Sequence record: NC_028950.1
Strand: one strand, 5' to 3'
Length of the DNA: 64,000 nt
The position numbers and the translations under genes were made by a program. The notes below the pieces were generated by a model. The model ran no database searches. It worked only from the letters and a program-made list of their open reading frames with translations, and had not been told where the DNA came from. This document shows positions 45,052 to 54,877 of the stretch, piece after piece. Within the stretch, counting starts at the first letter, position 1. The number at the start of each line of letters is the position of its first letter.

Positions 45052-47313
45052 TTATTTAAAAAGTTTTCGAATGAACCCACTTGCCTTGCGAGCCATGTTT
45101 ACTGCCGAGCGAGCCATACGTTGGAACGTGCTGGTTGCTTCGAACAGATACTCGCGCTTCTTGTCGATATAAGCATCGCGGTGTTCGATGTCCGGATCCT
45201 TGTACTTCTGGAATACGAACTTGTAGCCATTCATGTCCAGAATGTGCTTGAAGAGTTTGAGAGCCCGATTGTTGCCAAGCGGTACGTTGTTGCGATCCAC
45301 ACCACGTTCGATGTTGGTCGGCGTTTTCGAATCCAGAACCGAGTACACATACTCGCGATGAGTTGCGAGAGAGTTGTTTCGATCCAGCAGATCGGCTGCC
45401 ACCTGCCCACCACAATACGACATGATGATCCGCAGTTCTGCTTCGGAGATTGCCTTAACTGCTTGCGTCTTGGCCGGATTGGAATACTTATCCGAACTCG
45501 TGACTTGCCCGAGCACACCGAGATGCTGAACCTTGGCCGTATTGGTTGCGATCCAGTCGTCGGAAATCTTTTCGAGCAGCATGAAGTACTTGTGGCCCAT
45601 CTCGATGTCTTCTTCGGTCCATACCCACTGACCGGAATAATCGCGATACTCCACAGGCCCAACACGCGGCGGGAACTCCGCTTCACATGCTTCAACCGCT
45701 TGACGCCATGCGGTCATGTTGTGCGTCGGACTGAGAATGTGGATGCATGGGAACTTCATCAACCACGACAGATGCAAAGCGCGCTTTTCGTCGTTATCGA
45801 ACTGCGCACTCGTGTAGTGCTCGTGCATCGTCGGACTGAGAATCTCATACAGCCTCATCAAGTCACCCCAGACTTGGTCGTATGCCTGCTGACGCTTGGG
45901 CATATCTTCCATGACTTGCTTCTGGGACGGCTGATCATCCGGTCCAAGCTCAATCGTGTCACGAACCGTCACCAGGAACTCACGAGTCACCTGATTGAAA
46001 TACGGCTCATACAGACCACCAAAGTTTTGCCGGTTGAACGGCGACTCCGGCGACATGACCACTTCAGCGCGAACACCATATTGGTTACGCGGCATTTCGT
46101 CATCAGGCAGAACGTGACACACAACGCCCTTGTCGCCTGCACAACCAGTCGCCTTGTTACCGATGTTCGGCAAGACCGTGTACTGAATCTTGAACTCGAC
46201 GCGCCAATCGTCGATCGGTGCTTTGTGATACAGCTTTTGCACCACGTCGCCGATGTCGTAGTCCGTCATCGCACACGCTTCGAGTACGAGACGATGGAAC
46301 TCGTCTGTCAGATACATTTCGCCACGGCGGGCTTTGTACTGAGCGTTGTACTCTTCCAGAATCTCGCGATAGAAGCGATCGGTCAGATCCTTGTAATACT
46401 CGACCTGATCATTCATGCCGTTAGGCAGCGAACGATTGTCGTGATAGACCATGATGTCGATGATCTCGCCTTCACCTGCACGAGTATACAGCTTGTCATC
46501 GTACGTCATGTCCAGCATCATGGTATCGTAAATACCCATGCTGCACACTGCGAGCCGTTCATCAAACTCGCGAGTAGCCATCAGCAGGCCGTCAGGACGA
46601 ATGCGTTCACCTACGTCCTTGAAGATTTTATAACGCTTGCGAGGATCTTCAGCCCTCGGGTCGCCGAACAGATTCAGACCGTAACGGTTTTGGCCCCAGC
46701 TTGCGGTACGAGTCTCAATCATGTTGAAACTCATCTTCTTCAGAGCGGACTCCGAAATCAGAATACCGTCTTCAGATACTGCCGGATGACTCATGTTCGC
46801 GAACATGAGATTCAAGCCATATCCGTAACCACCACCGGATTTAATCGATGGCGATGTGAGGAACTCGGTCCCTTCCTCGAAACTTGCTCCTTTTGCAATA
46901 CGAGCCCAATCGCTCGTCTTCTTATACTGGAAACCGAAGTACTGGTGTTCCAGCGAATAGTCACGCAGATCCAGGCAGCCGATTTGACGCGTTTTCAAAT
47001 CAACATAAATTGCGATCCTTTGAGGATTCTTGATCGTGCTGCCGATGGTACGTGAACGCGGAAAACGATCGACGACTCGAAGAATCTCGATGTCGCTCGG
47101 TGCTTTGACGGAAAAGCAATACTCCCCGAATCGTGCTTCAGTCCCTGTTTGCCAATAGCGCTCCTCCGAACCAGAGATGACAAGTGCTTGCGGCAAATGC
47201 CCAGCGAACATCACCTTCCGAGGACCGCTATTTACATCGACCCATGGGTCCATGGAATTGTTTGAGAGAAACTCTGCATAGAGTTCGCTTGGATGACGGG
47301 CTAATGTTGTCAT
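45052..47313 (-). CDS. Non-virion RNAP beta subunit, C-terminal part (phiKZ gp71/73-like), uninterrupted
   Basis: NSGPRKVMFAGHLPQAL; EDGILISES; GNKATGCAGDKGVV; KAISEAE. Confidence 0.9.
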   Translation of the reverse strand: MTTLARHPSELYAEFLSNNSMDPWVDVNSGPRKVMFAGHLPQALVISGSEERYWQTGTEARFGEYCFSVKAPSDIEILRVVDRFPRSRTIGSTIKNPQRIAIYVDLKTRQIGCLDLRDYSLEHQYFGFQYKKTSDWARIAKGASFEEGTEFLTSPSIKSGGGYGYGLNLMFANMSHPAVSEDGILISESALKKMSFNMIETRTASWGQNRYGLNLFGDPRAEDPRKRYKIFKDVGERIRPDGLLMATREFDERLAVCSMGIYDTMMLDMTYDDKLYTRAGEGEIIDIMVYHDNRSLPNGMNDQVEYYKDLTDRFYREILEEYNAQYKARRGEMYLTDEFHRLVLEACAMTDYDIGDVVQKLYHKAPIDDWRVEFKIQYTVLPNIGNKATGCAGDKGVVCHVLPDDEMPRNQYGVRAEVVMSPESPFNRQNFGGLYEPYFNQVTREFLVTVRDTIELGPDDQPSQKQVMEDMPKRQQAYDQVWGDLMRLYEILSPTMHEHYTSAQFDNDEKRALHLSWLMKFPCIHILSPTHNMTAWRQAVEACEAEFPPRVGPVEYRDYSGQWVWTEEDIEMGHKYFMLLEKISDDWIATNTAKVQHLGVLGQVTSSDKYSNPAKTQAVKAISEAELRIIMSYCGGQVAADLLDRNNSLATHREYVYSVLDSKTPTNIERGVDRNNVPLGNNRALKLFKHILDMNGYKFVFQKYKDPDIEHRDAYIDKKREYLFEATSTFQRMARSAVNMARKASGFIRKLFK

Positions 47314-47373
47314 TTATCCATCCATTCTGTTTTGAAAGTTCAACTGTCTGAGACTCCTTGACAGTATCTGTAT

Positions 47374-47398
47374 GATAATATATGGCTCTAAAATTTTA
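47374..47398 (-). promoter_or_regulatory. Early promoter-like motif upstream of the nvRNAP beta gene
   Basis: Minus strand AAAATTTTAGAGCCATATATTAT. Confidence 0.65.
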
Positions 47399-47409
47399 CA
47401 GGAAAGCGT

Positions 47410-47751
47410 ATGCCTGCCATTCTGGATAACATCGATAATCAAGGTCCGGCGATCTATTACTCCGAAACCTTCAGACAGATGATCGAGGATCACCTGACTG
47501 TTCTCAAAACGATGTCAACTACGAAGACCCGAGTTATCACGGACGATGACTGGGCTACGTTGTACAAATATGAAGGAGACTTCTACGGTCTCTTGGGCGC
47601 ATTGCAGGTTGACCGCAAGTATCACTGGACCGTGATGCGCATGAACGGTTATCGCAGCCGTTTCGAAGCCACTGCGGACATCAGCCAGCTGTTGCTGCCT
47701 GACTGGGCGTACGTGGATAAGCTCGCACAGCTGAGCAAAGAGGTCAAATAG
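47410..47751 (+). CDS. Small conserved protein, LysM/T4 gp53-like baseplate fold suspected
   Basis: YKYEGDFYGLL...HWTVMRMNGY...LLLPD pattern; AGGA RBS. Confidence 0.6.
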   Translation: MPAILDNIDNQGPAIYYSETFRQMIEDHLTVLKTMSTTKTRVITDDDWATLYKYEGDFYGLLGALQVDRKYHWTVMRMNGYRSRFEATADISQLLLPDWAYVDKLAQLSKEVK

Positions 47752-47754
47752 AAC

Positions 47755-47802
47755 AAAGAAAAATACTACTGGATCCCGTGAGGGATCCAGTAGTACCTTA
47801 TG
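47755..47802. terminator. Bidirectional 14-bp hairpin (GTGA loop): U-tract on the minus side, TTATG on the plus side
   Basis: tactactggatccc-gtga-gggatccagtagta. Confidence 0.8.
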
Positions 47803-47807
47803 CCGTC

Positions 47808-48300
47808 TTAACGACGGTAGTAGCGGTCACGCCGGTCGTAACGATCATCACGATCATCGTAATCGCGATCTCGACGAGCGCGGTCACGGATGTCGCGGAT
47901 GCCACGGCGACGATCATTGCGATCGTAGTCACGGTCATCATAGTCACGACGACGACCATAACGGTCATCACGACGTTCTTCATCGCGCAGTGCATCACGC
48001 AATGCCGGATTATCTTCGAAGATATCACCGGTACGTTCACGACGACGATCACGATCGTCATAGTCACGATCATCTCGACGATCGCGTTCGCGATCACGAC
48101 GGCGGTCATCACGATCGTAGTCACGATCGCGAGCACGACGGTCATCGTAATCACGTTCACGGCGACGCTCACGCAACTCGCGATCTTCTTCTTCGCGACG
48201 GTCCCGTTCGAGTCGTTCTTCACGTTCACGCAACTCACGCTCACGACGTTCGATTTCACGACGTTCACGATCTGCTGCGCTGCGGGCTTCACGTTCGCTC
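47808..48300 (-). repeat. Degenerate in-frame tandem repeats encoding RDYD(D)R / RERE units
   Basis: Recurring gatcgtagtcacg / catagtcacg / cgtaatcacg on the plus strand. Confidence 0.75.
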
Positions 48301-49439
48301 GTTACAGCCCGATCAGTACCGGAAGCCTCGCGGGTTCTGTCGGGCAGTGCTTTTCCCAGCGTTTCACCAGTCGACGCGGGAGCCGGAGCACCCAGAACCA
48401 TGCGACCACGCGGAGCCGAAGCAGCGGACGATGTGGTAGCACCGAGGTGACCACGCTCACGGACTTCTTCGGCACGACCCATATCGCGTTCTTCACGACG
48501 GGGTTCGCGACGAGTTTCCGCTTCCTTTTCACGATCCATCTCTTCCCCAGCTTCGTTGGAGTTGAGAGCAGGAATCGTGCGGGCGAGCTTTTCGACCATG
48601 TCCTTGCTGTCGAAGATTTCCTTCCAGGTCCCGAGGTCTTCCGGGAACGTCAGGATTTCCGGCAGATCGACGATGCCCATGTAAGGCTGCGCCGTTTCCA
48701 CCAGAGCGTCGACGACATTCAGGACTGCACGAACGAGCGACTCGATGAACGGAGCCGAACGCGAGTTGATGCCGACGTTGAAGAATTCCGGATCTGCGAG
48801 CAGAGTCGGGAACACGAATTCGTAGAGCTTGATCAGCATCTCGCGGTTCTTGTTCGTCAACTTCACACCGTTGATCGGTTCCTTCTCCGGCTTCTTCAGG
48901 CTTTCGTAGATCGGGAACGTGACGATACCTGCACGGCCATACGTCACGCCCTTCACCACGCCGCCGCGCTTGATGAAGATGTTGATGAACATGTCCGCAT
49001 TGTTGCGGGACTTCGTCGACTTCTGGATCGATTCGAAATCCTTCACGAGCGATGCATCACACTTCGACAGCGCGTTCAGAACTTGCGACTGTTCGGTCGA
49101 CAGGTTCTTCTGGTTGTCCTGATCGTACGCGATCGCAATGAGCTCCTTCATCAGGTAAGCGATCGACGCGTTCAGACGTTGGACGAACTGGTCACGCAAC
49201 GTGGCCACCAGATCGCTGATGCCCAGGTTGAATGCTTCACGCAGCGGGTGGAAACCGATACGCGTTTTCCAGTTTTGGTTCTTCATCTGCTCCCGGGTCG
49301 GCAGAACAACACGACTGCCATTGATCGTGGCAGGCATCAGTTGATCGCCGAGCTTCACCGACACGTTTCCTTCTTCGTCGGCAACCATCCACCCCAGGTC
49401 CAGCAGAATCTTGTAATAATCGATGATCTTATCACGCAT
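47808..49439 (-). CDS. Conserved Chimalliviridae protein (phiKZ gp70 position) with long Arg/Asp/Glu mixed-charge C-terminus
   Basis: 543 aa; FHPLRE and GGVVKGVTYGRAGIVTFP motifs; downstream of the PicA-like gene. Confidence 0.75.
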   Translation of the reverse strand: MRDKIIDYYKILLDLGWMVADEEGNVSVKLGDQLMPATINGSRVVLPTREQMKNQNWKTRIGFHPLREAFNLGISDLVATLRDQFVQRLNASIAYLMKELIAIAYDQDNQKNLSTEQSQVLNALSKCDASLVKDFESIQKSTKSRNNADMFINIFIKRGGVVKGVTYGRAGIVTFPIYESLKKPEKEPINGVKLTNKNREMLIKLYEFVFPTLLADPEFFNVGINSRSAPFIESLVRAVLNVVDALVETAQPYMGIVDLPEILTFPEDLGTWKEIFDSKDMVEKLARTIPALNSNEAGEEMDREKEAETRREPRREERDMGRAEEVRERGHLGATTSSAASAPRGRMVLGAPAPASTGETLGKALPDRTREASGTDRAVTSEREARSAADRERREIERRERELREREERLERDRREEEDRELRERRRERDYDDRRARDRDYDRDDRRRDRERDRRDDRDYDDRDRRRERTGDIFEDNPALRDALRDEERRDDRYGRRRDYDDRDYDRNDRRRGIRDIRDRARRDRDYDDRDDRYDRRDRYYRR

Positions 49440-49452
49440 TTTTTAATTTACC

Positions 49453-50910
49453 TTAGTAGCTGTAACCACGACCCGAACCACCAGCGCCCATCCCAGTTGT
49501 CGAAAGGATTTCATCGAACAGGCTATTGTAGTCACGAGCCGCATCGCGGATGTCTTGCCGACTGTTGGTCAGAATCGGCGACGTGAGAGAATTGCAGAAG
49601 CAAGGGAACACATAACGACCATGGTTCTCGCCATCATAGAACAACTTGAAGTCGATTTCCCCGAACACACGGCACTTCACTTGCAAACCGATGGACACGC
49701 GGTCTTCGGCGGTGATCGGGAACATCAGTTCGTCAATCAAGCGATCTTCGAACTGGTCCACAAACCAGCTGAGGTCCACGTCACGTACGAATGACTTCGC
49801 AGTCGTCGGAATGAACTCGAACGGCTGTTCATGAGACGCCGTCTGATTGTGAACCTGGAAGTCCAGCCGATGCAGGCCGGTTTCCATCATCAGAGCCGGA
49901 ACTGCAACCTGAACCAGCGCTGCAATCTTGTCCCATTCTTCACCACCATTCGCATCGTTCGAATCGATGTGATACTCGGTCATCGCCTTCGATTCGTTGT
50001 CGAACAGTTTCGTTTCCGTACGACGTTCGGCTTCCGGATCGATATACAGCAGATCACGGAACGTGAAGTTGTCAGTGGTGGTCGACAGGTTCTTCGCATT
50101 CGAGATTGCGCGCAGGAACACATCGTCCGAGGTATACGACTCTTGCACATAGCCTTGAGCCGTCGCATTGACGTCGAGCACCGAACCACCATACTCGGTG
50201 TTGTCGATTGCCTTGCGGCGCGATTCGAGAACGCGCGACATGTAACGCGAACCGATACGATTCGAGGTCGAGGACTTCACCGAGTTCTTCGACAGCGTCA
50301 CGCGCAGATCAGTGAGATCTTCCACGAGCTCGCCAGTTTCTTCGGCATCGAGCGACGAATAGATATCTTCCGGCCGCATCGTATACAGCTTGTCGCCACG
50401 ACGACGCAGGCCGGCATTCTCGCGATCGGACAGAACGTCCGCGGCACGAGCCGGCATGTACGTACGCTGCATGCCACCGCGTCCATCCGGAATCATACGT
50501 TCTTCAAGCATGAACGTATTGTTGACATAGAACTCCATGTCATGATCCACGTTGCGTGTGGTGAAGCCGACCGAGTTGGTATAACCCATCACGACCTGCT
50601 TGAGGCGGTCACCGGTGCCGATCTGGATTTCCAGAGTCAGGATGAAACGACCACGCCGCGCGTCCCAGCCATTCGGGACATCGATGATGCCACGAGTCTT
50701 GAACGACGGAACCATGAACTGGTTTGCGATCTGTGCCAGCATCGACGGCGTGAAACGCCTGGTCTTGTTATAACGCTCTTCGACACTGTCAAGGAGCCCA
50801 CCGCTGAAATGGGTTTCATACGGACGGAGGAACTGATCCTGAAACGTAGCCGACTCAGCGATGATCAGCTCTTCAACGTAAATCTTGATGTCTTGACGAC
50901 CTTGGCGCAT
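49453..50910 (-). CDS. picA: Phage-nucleus protein import factor PicA/Imp1-like (phiKZ gp69 position)
   Basis: 485 aa; immediately after the gp68-like gene in the conserved chmC-gp68-picA order; IPNGW-like VPNGWDARR and MRPED motifs; assignment mainly by synteny. Confidence 0.65.
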   Translation of the reverse strand: MRQGRQDIKIYVEELIIAESATFQDQFLRPYETHFSGGLLDSVEERYNKTRRFTPSMLAQIANQFMVPSFKTRGIIDVPNGWDARRGRFILTLEIQIGTGDRLKQVVMGYTNSVGFTTRNVDHDMEFYVNNTFMLEERMIPDGRGGMQRTYMPARAADVLSDRENAGLRRRGDKLYTMRPEDIYSSLDAEETGELVEDLTDLRVTLSKNSVKSSTSNRIGSRYMSRVLESRRKAIDNTEYGGSVLDVNATAQGYVQESYTSDDVFLRAISNAKNLSTTTDNFTFRDLLYIDPEAERRTETKLFDNESKAMTEYHIDSNDANGGEEWDKIAALVQVAVPALMMETGLHRLDFQVHNQTASHEQPFEFIPTTAKSFVRDVDLSWFVDQFEDRLIDELMFPITAEDRVSIGLQVKCRVFGEIDFKLFYDGENHGRYVFPCFCNSLTSPILTNSRQDIRDAARDYNSLFDEILSTTGMGAGGSGRGYSY

Positions 50911-50927
50911 TTCTCTAGCCCTCTATT

Positions 50928-52493
50928 TTAAAAAGTGTACAACGAAATGAACTGCTCATTTCGCCCTTGTACGTAAATGGCATAGTCTGCCAATCTGTTC
51001 CGAATGTCGTACCCCACTCGGAATGTTTTGTTTACTGCGCTGCCACGCTGGGCTGCGATTTGCTCCTCGGGCAGATTCAAGAACCACGTATGGTCAGACA
51101 GAGCCTGAGCCAATTCCATGATTTCATTCACTGCGTCGTTGTTGGGCTTCACCGCCTTCTTCGTCGGATGACGTCGGTAGTACGGATAAAGCTCATTGAG
51201 TTTGTCGATCTTGTCCTTCGTGATGTGAGCACGGGACTCTTGGCTATACGAACCATACCCTTCTGCATTCATGCTGCGTGCGGTCGGGATGCCAGCCAGA
51301 TCCTTGAAATCGGTATTCCACAGAACGAACTGCGCAACACCAGCAAGCCGCAAGATGCTCGACTTGTTGATATCCCAGAGCGCTCGCGGACTGACGATCG
51401 GATTGATCACCCACTGAATCATGCGGATCTGGCATTCTTCGAGTACGTTGGTCGACATCGCTTCAGCTGAGTCCATTGCCTTTTCGAGTTCGGCGACTTG
51501 CTCTTCGGACAATTCGTTCTGAAGCAACAGACGCGCTGCGATCTCCCGATAATACTCGGTCCACTTCTCGATCGCAGTGAACTCACCCGGAGGCACCAGG
51601 GGCTTGTTCTTGTACTTCTCCGCACGAGACGAGGAGTCTTCACTCGAATCATCTTCGTTCGGATTGATCTTTTCCAAGATCGCATTCTGATGGCTGTCGT
51701 TTTGCGAGAGCCGATTGCGAAGCGTCTTATGGATGATCTGCACCAGATGCGTATCCGACGGATGTCGCGTGAAGCTTGCGATCACCAGGAAGCGTACGAG
51801 AATGTTCGCTACCAGGTTCGTCTGGAACACATCGGAACCAATGCCGTCGATCGACGAACGAATGTTGATGTCGTCCTGCTTGACGTTCTTCGCCACATAG
51901 TGGTTCAGACGTTGCATTGCCGGAGACTCTTCAATCGAAGTCTTCGAGATCGTGAAATACGTATTCAGATCCCTGAACGTCGGCCCAGATTCCTTCTTGG
52001 TGATTTCTGCGAACTCGCCCCAGATCGGTGCGATCGAGCGCAACTTGATCACCATGAACACGAGCTCCCAATAGTCGGCGACCAGATAAGTCTGTTCGCG
52101 GCTGCCAGGTTTCTCATGCGTGAACTTGTACTCCACATCCAGATCTTCAGGAATCCAGATACCGCCATGATACCGAGTCCAACGCTCGAACTCTTCCGTG
52201 TCGTGGAGATTGATGATCTCGTTGACGATCGGACGAAGCTGAAGGATCAGCGGATTGACGTTGAACGTCTCGTTGAAGATGTTCTTTGCCTGGCGATACA
52301 GATCGAAGATTTTGTCCTGAAGTTCGAGGTCGATCCGAGACCAGTACTTATTGATTTGCTGAAACGGTTCGTACGTTCCTTTCTTGAAAGCTTGTCCATA
52401 AACACCCCCATTGAACTCCAGGGTTTCCCCGCGGTGTTCGATGAGAATCATCCCGCTACCTGCGACGCCTGCGTGTTGGAATTTCGCTTGCAT
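50928..52493 (-). CDS. Non-virion RNAP specificity subunit (phiKZ gp68-like)
   Basis: FQQINKYWSRI, TYLVADY, PIWGEF segments match recalled gp68 motifs; ATG 52493 with AAGGAG RBS. Confidence 0.85.
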   Translation of the reverse strand: MQAKFQHAGVAGSGMILIEHRGETLEFNGGVYGQAFKKGTYEPFQQINKYWSRIDLELQDKIFDLYRQAKNIFNETFNVNPLILQLRPIVNEIINLHDTEEFERWTRYHGGIWIPEDLDVEYKFTHEKPGSREQTYLVADYWELVFMVIKLRSIAPIWGEFAEITKKESGPTFRDLNTYFTISKTSIEESPAMQRLNHYVAKNVKQDDINIRSSIDGIGSDVFQTNLVANILVRFLVIASFTRHPSDTHLVQIIHKTLRNRLSQNDSHQNAILEKINPNEDDSSEDSSSRAEKYKNKPLVPPGEFTAIEKWTEYYREIAARLLLQNELSEEQVAELEKAMDSAEAMSTNVLEECQIRMIQWVINPIVSPRALWDINKSSILRLAGVAQFVLWNTDFKDLAGIPTARSMNAEGYGSYSQESRAHITKDKIDKLNELYPYYRRHPTKKAVKPNNDAVNEIMELAQALSDHTWFLNLPEEQIAAQRGSAVNKTFRVGYDIRNRLADYAIYVQGRNEQFISLYTF

Positions 52494-52532
52494 CGACACT
52501 CCTTTTAAAAATTTCTGTGCTATTACAGTCGA

Positions 52533-52556
52533 ATGATATATTTGTTCGTTTTGTTT
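52533..52556 (-). promoter_or_regulatory. Early promoter-like motif upstream of the gp68-like gene
   Basis: Minus strand AAACAAAACGAACAAATATATCAT. Confidence 0.6.
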
Positions 52557-52569
52557 AAATGAGAGTTTT

Positions 52570-52597
52570 CACATGGGTGGCCGAAGCCACCCATGTG
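52570..52597 (-). terminator. 12-bp hairpin (UUCG loop on minus strand)
   Basis: cacatgggtggc-cgaa-gccacccatgtg. Confidence 0.7.
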
Positions 52598-52618
52598 TAT
52601 CGTTTATGTGCTTACTGC

Positions 52619-53383
52619 TTAAAACGAGATGTCGTCGAAATCGGAACCGCCTCCGCCGAAGCCGCCACCCGATGATTCGCCATCGCTGTCGTTGTTACCA
52701 CCCCAACCGCCACCGCCACCACCGCCGCTGTTACCACCGCGGTTGTAGTTGTTACCGCCACCGCCATTGCCCTTCCAGTTACCGCCGCCGCCGCCATTGC
52801 CGCCCGGCGTCTTCGGTTCCGGATGCTTGTACGTTGCGATCGACACCGCCGTCATGATCCGCGTCACGAGGTTGTACATCGCGCGTGCTGCCACGACCGA
52901 CACCGCTGCTTCCGTCATCGGACCGTCACCGCTGCCCAAGTGATGCCAGTACGTCGGTGCGAACGGGAAGTAGATCTTCGGACGCCCGGACTTCAGCAGG
53001 TCTTCGACCATGATGTACACGACGCCGCCGGGGTTCTTGCCGACTTCGACGCGCGCGATATCCTGCTTCTTCTTGTCCTGACCGACCGGAGCTTGACAGA
53101 AGACGCTGTACTTGCACGGCTCTTTGCTGTCGGTCGCGATCTTCAGGTTTTCCATCAGGATCTGCAGATCGAAGATGCCGAACTTCGCCTGGATGCGGCC
53201 GAAGTTGTTGTCCTTGTCGTTGGGGTCACGGGTGTAGACCGTGATGCCGGGATTGTCGTTGTTCGCGTAGAAGTGCAGTTCCGAGAAACCCTTTACGCCC
53301 TTCACGGGACAAGGGGTGGACAGCACGATGCGCTTCGAGTCGAGCAGGTTCTTGTCCCGCGCCTTGGGCTTGAAATCCGCCAT
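52619..53383 (-). CDS. chmC: ChmC-like nucleus-associated RNA-binding protein (phiKZ gp67 position) with Gly/Asn-rich tail
   Basis: 254 aa; GAGG RBS; NNPGITVYT and IYFPFAP motifs; low-complexity C-tail ending DFDDISF; synteny. Confidence 0.65.
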   Translation of the reverse strand: MADFKPKARDKNLLDSKRIVLSTPCPVKGVKGFSELHFYANNDNPGITVYTRDPNDKDNNFGRIQAKFGIFDLQILMENLKIATDSKEPCKYSVFCQAPVGQDKKKQDIARVEVGKNPGGVVYIMVEDLLKSGRPKIYFPFAPTYWHHLGSGDGPMTEAAVSVVAARAMYNLVTRIMTAVSIATYKHPEPKTPGGNGGGGGNWKGNGGGGNNYNRGGNSGGGGGGGWGGNNDSDGESSGGGFGGGGSDFDDISF

Positions 53384-53445
53384 GTTTGCCTCTTCGAAAA
53401 TGGTTGGTTGTCGTACTCCAGATCATAGATAGACCTGGTAAAAGA

Positions 53446-54282
53446 TTACATCATGTCCTTCACGGTGTCACGGAAGAACGGGTTTTTCAGCTGATCCAGA
53501 TTCATCCGGATACGAGCATCTGTTGTCAGAGCGCTCCAGCCGTATTTCGTTGCAAGTTCGACGATGTCTTTACGAAGCTTCGAGTCCATCGGCGAGAAGA
53601 ATTCTTTTTCACCAAATATCCGAGCGAAGTATTGGGTGAAAGGAATCATCGAGAGCTCTTTACCGTTGTTGAGTTTGGTGTACCACAACGAACGGTTCTT
53701 GATTGCTCCCGTATGCGATTCGATCAGGTCCAGTTCCTCGAAGGCTTTATAGGACAACAGATCCCACGCAATGTGTGTTTGGATCAGAAAGTTTCCATCC
53801 TTCTTATCCGGGGCAATGTCGGTATCGAATCCTTTTACGTAATCCTTACCGACATCATTCAGGAATTGCTGAATGGAGTCTTCCATACGCTTACGTTCTT
53901 CCACCTGTTTCGGCGTGGTGTCCGATTTGAAGATGGAATGATGGCGATAGCGCGTGTAGATGGCTTTATAATTGCAGAGATACAAGGTCGGGTCGATCTT
54001 GGTATCTGCGAGAACACGTTTTACTGCTTCCCATTCGTCATGCATGAGTTCTGCAATGACGCCCGGTTTAAGCAGAATATTGATGTCGGCCGTGAAAGAG
54101 CCGACGATGTTTCGATAAAGCGTACGGGCATTGAGCCAGTAGTGCGTGTATTTCAGGTGAGGCGACTCATCCCACTTACGTTCGGGATGGATGTTCATCA
54201 GGCTTTCGAGGGCCAGAGATGTCGGCACATTCACCGGATACTGACCACGCGCCATCTTCTCAGTGAATGTGAAGACGTTCAT
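53446..54282 (-). CDS. Conserved Chimalliviridae protein (phiKZ gp66 position), possible PIN/flap-nuclease-like fold
   Basis: 278 aa; WLNARTLYRN and LIESHTGAIK motifs; fold is inference. Confidence 0.65.
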   Translation of the reverse strand: MNVFTFTEKMARGQYPVNVPTSLALESLMNIHPERKWDESPHLKYTHYWLNARTLYRNIVGSFTADINILLKPGVIAELMHDEWEAVKRVLADTKIDPTLYLCNYKAIYTRYRHHSIFKSDTTPKQVEERKRMEDSIQQFLNDVGKDYVKGFDTDIAPDKKDGNFLIQTHIAWDLLSYKAFEELDLIESHTGAIKNRSLWYTKLNNGKELSMIPFTQYFARIFGEKEFFSPMDSKLRKDIVELATKYGWSALTTDARIRMNLDQLKNPFFRDTVKDMM

Positions 54283-54425
54283 GTTCTTTTCGGAGTTCGT
54301 TTAACGATCAAGTTAAAGAAGAAGAAAGGATCTTTCAAACAACGTTCGATGACTTTCTTCTTCTCTTCGATGTCGTATCGAGGAGGCTTCACGACATCGG
54401 GTGCGCGAGTACCAGGGTCAATCAT
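54279..54425 (-). CDS. Small protein (48 aa) missed by the ORF track
   Basis: MIDPGTRAPDVVKPPRYDIEEKKKVIERCLKDPFFFFNLIVKRTPKRT; ATGA overlaps with both flanking genes. Confidence 0.6.
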   Translation of the reverse strand: MIDPGTRAPDVVKPPRYDIEEKKKVIERCLKDPFFFFNLIVKRTPKRT

Positions 54426-54871
54426 CTCATACTCGCAATGTTCTTGATCCAGTCCTCAAGGAACTCACGCTCCAGCGGTCTGATGATCATTCCACCGAAC
54501 GACATATGTCCGCGATATCGAATCGACGGATCGCCGAACGGATGTTTGTCGCTGATCCCACGAGGAATCGAATTCTTCGGCCAGAAACGCGGAGTTCCTT
54601 GGGGTGGTCGAGGATACGCATTCAACTGACCCGCAAGGATATGCTCGAAGATGATCTTCGAGTACCGTCCCATGCTAAGCGACTTACCGACATTACTCGG
54701 ATGTTGAACGAGAACACCCGTTCTCGCCCATGCGGCTTCGGCATCCTTCTCGACCCATTCGCCGCCAGGAAGCCATTCGATCTCTTTGATCGGTTGCGGT
54801 TTTGCTTGAGGCAACGGCTCATGGCCATTGCGCTTGAACTGATTGATGTATCTGAAATTCGGACCGCTCAT
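54422..54871 (-). CDS. Hypothetical protein (149 aa)
   Basis: GAGGA RBS; fills the gap after the SbcD-like gene. Confidence 0.6.
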   Translation of the reverse strand: MSGPNFRYINQFKRNGHEPLPQAKPQPIKEIEWLPGGEWVEKDAEAAWARTGVLVQHPSNVGKSLSMGRYSKIIFEHILAGQLNAYPRPPQGTPRFWPKNSIPRGISDKHPFGDPSIRYRGHMSFGGMIIRPLEREFLEDWIKNIASMR

Positions 54872-54877
54872 GATTCC

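Noticed and set aside
47808-48300. Repeated 13-16-nt units suggesting a CRISPR array
   Set aside because: Units are degenerate, in frame and irregularly spaced, with no unique spacers; they are explained by the RDYD protein repeat.
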